41,493 nt of DNA from an uncultured Sulfuritalea sp. (GTDB taxonomy: Bacteria > Pseudomonadota > Gammaproteobacteria > Burkholderiales > Rhodocyclaceae): assembly GCA_964397005.1 (NCBI GenBank), contig CAYNGV010000001.1, forward strand, positions 1-41,493, read 5' to 3'. Below are positions 36,283-41,493 of this stretch, piece after piece. The notes below the pieces were generated by a model. That model saw only the letters and a program-made list of their open reading frames with translations. It was not told the origin of the DNA and ran no database searches. The position numbers were made by a program, and so were the translations under genes. How positions within the stretch are numbered: position 1 is the first letter of the stretch; each line of letters opens with the position of its first letter.

Positions 36283-36765
36283 TCAGCGGGCGCGGGCCTT
36301 TATCGATCGCGGCGCTCGCGAAGTCTTTTTCCCGACTTTGCCGAAGGCCTCGAGAGAGGCGTCGCCCAGTTCGTCGGCGGCGCTTTCACCGACCGTGATG
36401 ATCGATTCGGTCGCGTCGATCACGACCTCGACCAAAGGCGGGGACATTTCCGCCGTCTTGTCGAGCGCAAATCTGGCGATGCTGCCCATGCTGTGTATCT
36501 GCGCTTCCACCAGGCGAACAAATTCTTCATGGGTTTGCCCGGCAATGCGCAGATGGCCCGCGAACAATTCCGGGACAAGCTCATCGAACAGCGCGAAGTC
36601 AGCCAGGGATTCCGTGCGGCGCTTGAGGCCGAACACCCTGCTGTTCTTCTCGCTGTAAAGATTGATCAGGCGCGCGGTCGAATCGAACACGATATTCGAG
36701 GCCGACTGGAAGTGCTCGAGCGCGGCAAGCTTGGCTGCATTTGCGATCTGCGAACTGATATACAT
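36283..36765 (-). CDS. Phasin-like helical protein (160 aa)
   Basis: Ala-rich amphipathic helices, N-terminus resembling Phasin_2, basic tail; GGAG SD. Confidence 0.55.
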   Translation of the reverse strand: MYISSQIANAAKLAALEHFQSASNIVFDSTARLINLYSEKNSRVFGLKRRTESLADFALFDELVPELFAGHLRIAGQTHEEFVRLVEAQIHSMGSIARFALDKTAEMSPPLVEVVIDATESIITVGESAADELGDASLEAFGKVGKKTSRAPRSIKARAR

Positions 36766-36796
36766 GGCGTACTCCAGGTAAAGGCGGAAGGCGGGA

Positions 36797-36830
36797 ACGA
36801 TAACAAGGGTTTGTAACGAAGCGATGACAA
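36797..36830 (-). promoter_or_regulatory. Candidate Pho box promoter for the phasin-like gene: TTGTCAT-CGCT-TCGTTAC-N10-TATCGT
   Basis: 11-bp-period half-sites and a 10-bp spacer to the -10, read on the minus strand. Confidence 0.55.
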
Positions 36831-36898
36831 CCGGTCGGACATTGGCTTCAAGCGCCGCCCGGCAAACGGGCGTGCTTGACCCGCGCCATGCAATCCCG

Positions 36899-36943
36899 GC
36901 GTCATCAATCTGTCATTGTGCTGTCACCCTCGCGGCCTAAAGT
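36899..36943 (+). promoter_or_regulatory. Pho box promoter for btaAB: GCGTCAT-CAAT-CTGTCAT-TGTG-CTGTCAC-N10-TAAAGT
   Basis: Three 11-bp-period repeats matching the PhoB consensus CTGTCAT-N4-CTGTCAC, with a 10-bp gap to the -10. Confidence 0.85.
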
Positions 36944-36971
36944 AACGAGGCCCATTACGTCGAATGACCGC

Positions 36972-38204
36972 ATGAACGCCCCCGATTCGAGGCCGGCACT
37001 CGGCCCAGTTCCCACCACTCCAACGCTGATGGACCGTCTCGACCAGAAGGTCTTCGACGGCCTCTACAGCCGCTCCCTCGTCTATAACACCTGCTGGGAG
37101 GACCCCGCGGTCGACCGCCAGGCGCTGCGGCTGGGGCCGCAAGACTCGATACTGGTGATTTCCAGCGCCGGCTGCAACGCGCTCGACTACGCGCTGCAGG
37201 GGCCGCGCGTCATTTACGCGGTCGATGCCAATCCGCGCCAGACCGCGCTGCTCGAACTCAAGCTGGCCGGCATCCGCCGGCTGGAGTTCGACGATTTCTT
37301 CCGCATCTTCGGCGACGGCTATCACGCCAGCTTCCGCGAACTCTATCGCCGTCACCTGCGCGGTGATCTGTCGAAGTTCGCCCGCACCTACTGGGATCGC
37401 TACAGCAACTGGTTTACCAGCCGCCATGGCAGCTTCTACTACCACGGCCTGGCGGGCTTTGTCGCACGCGGCTTCAGCACCTATTTCCGACTGCAGCCGC
37501 AGCTTGCACAAGACATCCACGAACTGTTTGCCTGCAACGACCTCGATGCCCAGCGCCGCATCTACGACGAGAATATTTCCGCCGGACTATGGACACCGAC
37601 GATCAATTGGGTGCTCGGCCGGCAACTGACCATGAGCCTGATCGGAGTGCCGCACCCGCAGCGGCACCTGGTCCAGGCCCAGCACCCGGGCGGGGTCGCC
37701 GGTTTCATCCGGGAAGCGATCGACTACGTGTTCCGCAACCTGCCGGTGACGGAGAACTACTTCTGGCGCGTCTATCTGTATGGACGCTATACGCGGGATT
37801 GCTGTCCGGAATATCTCAAGGCCGGCAACTTCATGGCGCTGAAGAACGGCCTTGTCGACCGCATCGAACCGCATACGTGCACCGTGACCGAGTTTCTGGA
37901 GAGAACCGGGGAGCCGATCTCGCGTTTTGTGCTGCTCGACCACATGGACTGGATGAGCAGCTACCACCCGACGGCGTTGATCGAGGAATGGAACGCAATC
38001 CTCAATCGCGCCGCGCCCGGCGCGCGCATCCTCCTGCGCAGCGCACACGCCAATCCGGCGTTTCTCGACTGGGTCGAGATCGGCGCGGCGCGCCGGCGCC
38101 TGCCGGAGGTTGTCTGCTTCGACCGCGAGCTGGCGGCGCGTCTGCAACGCCAGGACCGCGTGCACACCTATGCCGGATTCATGATCGCCGATGTCCCTGC
38201 CTGA
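36972..38204 (+). CDS. btaA: SAM:diacylglycerol 3-amino-3-carboxypropyl transferase (DUF3419), betaine lipid synthesis
   Basis: LVYNTCWEDPAVD, ISSAGCNALDY, VDANPRQTALLELK, NYFW, LLDHMDWM, DRVHTY; start uncertain (36972 or 37029). Confidence 0.85.
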   Translation: MNAPDSRPALGPVPTTPTLMDRLDQKVFDGLYSRSLVYNTCWEDPAVDRQALRLGPQDSILVISSAGCNALDYALQGPRVIYAVDANPRQTALLELKLAGIRRLEFDDFFRIFGDGYHASFRELYRRHLRGDLSKFARTYWDRYSNWFTSRHGSFYYHGLAGFVARGFSTYFRLQPQLAQDIHELFACNDLDAQRRIYDENISAGLWTPTINWVLGRQLTMSLIGVPHPQRHLVQAQHPGGVAGFIREAIDYVFRNLPVTENYFWRVYLYGRYTRDCCPEYLKAGNFMALKNGLVDRIEPHTCTVTEFLERTGEPISRFVLLDHMDWMSSYHPTALIEEWNAILNRAAPGARILLRSAHANPAFLDWVEIGAARRRLPEVVCFDRELAARLQRQDRVHTYAGFMIADVPA

Positions 38205-38946
38205 CTTCGCCGGCGATGCCCGCATCCTCTGGCATCTGGCGCGCGGTCAGGCCGGCCGGGGTGACCATGCGGAACGCTTGCAGGCCTTCTATGCGCCGCA
38301 GGCCGAGCGCTACGACGCCTTCCGCGATCGCCTGCTGCACGGCCGCGCCGAGCTTGTCGAGCGACTGGAAATCAGCGACAACATGCGCGTCGTCGAACTC
38401 GGCTGCGGCACGGGGAGCAGCCTCGACCACATGGGACCGCTCGCCGACCGCTGCGCCAGCATCGAACTGGTAGACCTCTGTCCCGCGCTCCTCGCCGTGG
38501 CACGCAAGCGCGCGGCGGCGCGACATAACGTCGACGTCATCGAAGCGGATGCCACCCGCTGGCGGCCCACGGTTCCGGTCGACCGCGTTTTCCTGTCCTA
38601 TGCCCTGACCATGATTCCCGACTGGGAAGGAGTCATCGACAATGCGGTGCGCATGCTGAAACCGGGCGGCCGCCTCGGCGTCGTGGATTTCCACCTGCCC
38701 GCATCGGGCGGCGCGCTTGCCAATGGCTTCTGGCGCCGCTGGTTCGCACACGACGGAGTGCACCTGTCGGCGGCGCACTTGATAGCCCTGTGCTCGGCGC
38801 TACCGGACGCCTGGTTCGACGAACGACACGCACCCCTGCCCTACCTGTCGGGACTGCAAGCGCCCTACTACCTGTATGTCGGAACTCGCGACACGGCGCA
38901 TAGTGAGCTTCCCCCAAAATTTCGTCTTCCAAGATATGGGCTATAG
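38191..38946 (+). CDS. btaB: SAM-dependent N-methyltransferase, betaine lipid synthesis
   Basis: FYAPQAERYDAFRDRLLHGR, ELGCGTG, VDLC, SYALTMIPDW, GVVDF, WFAHDGV; overlaps btaA. Confidence 0.8.
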   Translation: MSLPDFAGDARILWHLARGQAGRGDHAERLQAFYAPQAERYDAFRDRLLHGRAELVERLEISDNMRVVELGCGTGSSLDHMGPLADRCASIELVDLCPALLAVARKRAAARHNVDVIEADATRWRPTVPVDRVFLSYALTMIPDWEGVIDNAVRMLKPGGRLGVVDFHLPASGGALANGFWRRWFAHDGVHLSAAHLIALCSALPDAWFDERHAPLPYLSGLQAPYYLYVGTRDTAHSELPPKFRLPRYGL

Positions 38947-39146
38947 CGTCCAGGCAAATCAGTCAGATCGCACCACCCGCCCGAGGCCAGCGCAAGAAAA
39001 GTCGGCTCTGGCGACACGGCGACAGCCCCGCTCAGGAACGGCGCGCCGGAGGCCGCATGACAGTGAGGCCGAGCAATAGATCGGTGAGGCCAGTGCCGCA
39101 CCCGATCGATCGCCATCCAGCAAGCGGCGGTTTCAGGCCTGAAAAA

Positions 39147-40403
39147 CTACCACTGCAACCGCACATAACCATCCACCTCCGCCGGCAATCCGAAGCGCAG
39201 CACGTTCAGTCCGCGATGGATGTCGCGCTGTTGCGGCAGGCGCCGGAAAGGCCCCATGGGCGACAGCGAATGCTCGAACGACAGCTTTCCCGAACGCGGC
39301 GAAAACAGCTTCAGCTCGAAGCGGCCCGGCGATACCTCGCGCAACACGGGCGCGAAGGGCCGCGCCAGAGGGTCGCCGACAAACACGCCCTCGCCCGGCC
39401 AGGCCACGCTTTTCCAGTAGGCCTCGACGGCGCTGGCGCCGGTGGCGTAATGGAATAATGCAATGGCCGGCACCGGAAATTTTTGCGGATGGTTGCACGG
39501 CTCGGCCACCGTGCCATAGCTCGCGGTGGCGCCGGCTTCCAGCCAGCGCAAGGCGCTCATCTGGCTGGAATCCGTCAACTGGCCGCCGAACGAGGTCAGA
39601 TGGTCGGCCAGTGCGCCGGGCAGGAAATGCAGGGACGCCAGGCCCGGCACGCTCGCCAGGCCGGTGAAATAGCCCAGCACGTCGCCCGGATCGGCCGGCG
39701 CGTCACCCTCGTGAACCTCGATCGGGAAAACCCCGGCCAGCGCCGCCGCGGTGCGCTCGAAGCTTGCGGCGCGCACGTTGCGCGCCTTGTCGCTGGTGCT
39801 CAGCAGCCAGACCTTTCCCACCGGAAAACCATGATCCGCCGCCAGCCCCCGGTCGATCAAACGCCTGATCTGCTCGAACCCGGCGCCGGCCACCATCATG
39901 GCCGGTCGCAGCGCATGATCGACAAACGGGTAGCGGCTGGCGGAATCGAAATACGGGCTTGCCCGCGTGGCGCCGCAGGCCGTCGAACAAAACGCCGGAT
40001 CGAAACCGAAGGCGAGCGCCGAGGTCAGCGACATGCAAGCAACCCGGTACGGCTGGGTCCAGGCCACCGCATAGGCCTGCACATGCGCCGGCGTGGCACG
40101 ATCGATCAGCGCCTTGATCTGCGCGAATTCCTCGACCGGCAAGGCGCTGCGACCGGGCGCAAAGCGCACGCGGATCACATTGCCCGGAGGAATCCGGCGC
40201 TGGTCGCGATAGTAATCCCCGGTCCGGCGCGACAGCGGATCGTCGTCGTTGATGACGACCGCCACCTCATTCGCCGTCAGGCCCGTGTGCGGCAGGATGA
40301 AGCGCGGCCGACCCAGCGCGCCACCGGCTGTCAGGAGCAGGATGGCCAGGCACCACGCAACGGACCTGCCCTGTCGCCGCATCGTTGTTCGCGACATGCA
40401 CAT
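39147..40403 (-). CDS. TIGR03790-like exported protein (PEP-CTERM/EPS-associated)
   Basis: Signal peptide, VVINDDDPLS..YY, PGALADHLTSFGG, GATASYGTVAEPC, VGDPLARPF; start uncertain. Confidence 0.8.
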   Translation of the reverse strand: MCMSRTTMRRQGRSVAWCLAILLLTAGGALGRPRFILPHTGLTANEVAVVINDDDPLSRRTGDYYRDQRRIPPGNVIRVRFAPGRSALPVEEFAQIKALIDRATPAHVQAYAVAWTQPYRVACMSLTSALAFGFDPAFCSTACGATRASPYFDSASRYPFVDHALRPAMMVAGAGFEQIRRLIDRGLAADHGFPVGKVWLLSTSDKARNVRAASFERTAAALAGVFPIEVHEGDAPADPGDVLGYFTGLASVPGLASLHFLPGALADHLTSFGGQLTDSSQMSALRWLEAGATASYGTVAEPCNHPQKFPVPAIALFHYATGASAVEAYWKSVAWPGEGVFVGDPLARPFAPVLREVSPGRFELKLFSPRSGKLSFEHSLSPMGPFRRLPQQRDIHRGLNVLRFGLPAEVDGYVRLQW

Positions 40404-40539
40404 CGGTAATCGGCCCGGGGTTTATCGATAGTCCGCAATCATAGCCGGCCATCCCCGGATCGATGGCGGGTTTGATTATTTTCCAGTACGGGCGATCACC
40501 TTGCCATGCTTGTGCAAGGCATCCGAATGGCGCCGGGAA

Positions 40540-41436
40540 CTATTGTTTCCCGGACCAGAAACGCGGCCCGCTGCGGGCTGACCGACTCGGCAGGGCGGCG
40601 CAGCTCCGGCGCACCTCCACGGCTTGCGCGCGGTTCATCACGTCCAGCTTCTTGAAGATGCGTTGCAGGTGATTCTTCACCGTGAATGAGCTGATGTTGA
40701 GAATCATGCCGATCTCGGGATTGGTCTTGCCCTTGCCGACCCATTCCATGATCTCCTGCTCGCGCGGCGAAAGGCCGAAGTCGGCGCCCTCGCCCGATCC
40801 CGCTTCGGCGGGCCGGCCGTCCGCCGGGTATTGCTTCGGCAGGTGCATCACCTGGCGCTGGGCCGTGTCGAGATAGGGCAACAGCAGCGTGAGCGTTTCG
40901 GCGGCGGACGCATCCGCCAGCGTCTTGGCGCCGAACAGCACGTAGAGACAGTCATGGCGACCGCGCTGATCCTTGATGCCATGCACCAGCACGGTATCGG
41001 CATCCGCCAGCCCGCCCCAGGGACCGGATACCGAACTGTCCGGCGGCAAGCAAAGCATTTCGGGGGCCATCGGCATTGCGCACGGCGCCCGACCATTGCC
41101 CAGCCAGCGCTCGAACAGGACATTGAGCAGCGGATGCGCGCGGCCCTCGTCGAGTTGCGCGGTACGCGGAGCCGACATCGGCGACACCACGTCGAAATAG
41201 ATCAGGCCGAGCGCAAAGTCGCCCCACACGGCGATCAGCGCGTGGTGCGGCAGAAAGGCTTGCACGTCGTCGCCTTGCAGCCATGCCAGCAAATCGGCAT
41301 GCCGTTCGATCTTGAGCGCCGACTCGAGGATGGCGAAAAACCCCCGAATGTCGCCGTGGGGCAGTCGGCCGAGAAAGGTCCCGGGGCTGAAACCCGGCGG
41401 CTTCGGCATTGTCAGCAGAACGGTGGGCGAGGACAT
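40540..41436 (-). CDS. epsA: LuxR-family regulator, EpsA-like (XrtB/PEP-CTERM-associated)
   Basis: LLAWLQG..FLPH..LIAVWGDF, HGIKDQRGRHDCLY; HTH LSPREQEIMEWVGKGKTNPEIGMILNISSFTVKNHLQRIFKKL; start uncertain. Confidence 0.8.
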   Translation of the reverse strand: MSSPTVLLTMPKPPGFSPGTFLGRLPHGDIRGFFAILESALKIERHADLLAWLQGDDVQAFLPHHALIAVWGDFALGLIYFDVVSPMSAPRTAQLDEGRAHPLLNVLFERWLGNGRAPCAMPMAPEMLCLPPDSSVSGPWGGLADADTVLVHGIKDQRGRHDCLYVLFGAKTLADASAAETLTLLLPYLDTAQRQVMHLPKQYPADGRPAEAGSGEGADFGLSPREQEIMEWVGKGKTNPEIGMILNISSFTVKNHLQRIFKKLDVMNRAQAVEVRRSCAALPSRSARSGPRFWSGKQ

Positions 41437-41493
41437 TGGGTTCGGGTCATTCCTGTCAGGGTTATTTGAGCCCCGCAATGCCTTTTTCCAGCG

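Overview
GC-rich window from a betaproteobacterium; the gene content suggests Rhodocyclales/Sterolibacteriaceae, which is an inference. There are four blocks. (1) 64-20642 (-): flhDC-motAB followed by two back-to-back chemosensory modules. The first is Che2/F7-like (McpA-like MCP, cheY, cheA, cheW, Aer/Tar/Aer2 hybrid MCP, cheR, cheD, cheB, STAS). The second is flagellar F6-like (MCP, cheV x2, cheY, cheZ, cheA). (2) 21039-25276: NUDIX hydrolase, TonB-like protein, HNH nuclease, ygiQ. (3) 25285-36219, the best candidate for an undescribed system: an ArsR-rhodanese regulator divergent from a tightly coupled operon. The operon encodes DsrE, two exported TlpA thioredoxins, three exported hypothetical proteins, an exported tandem rhodanese, a Tat-exported type II (Asp-ligated) DMSO-reductase-family alpha/beta/gamma molybdoenzyme, a PLP trans-sulfuration enzyme and a hypothetical protein. 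It also holds three gene remnants: the N-terminus of an SQR-like flavoprotein and the N-terminus of an IscS/NifS-like desulfurase (both too short for the ORF track), and the C-terminus of a TorD/DmsD chaperone. (4) 36283-41436: a phasin-like gene and btaAB betaine-lipid genes transcribed divergently from two Pho-box promoters, then TIGR03790-like and EpsA-like (PEP-CTERM-associated) genes. No rRNA, tRNA, CRISPR array, integrase or transposase was recognised. All calls come from reading motifs by eye; no database searches were run.
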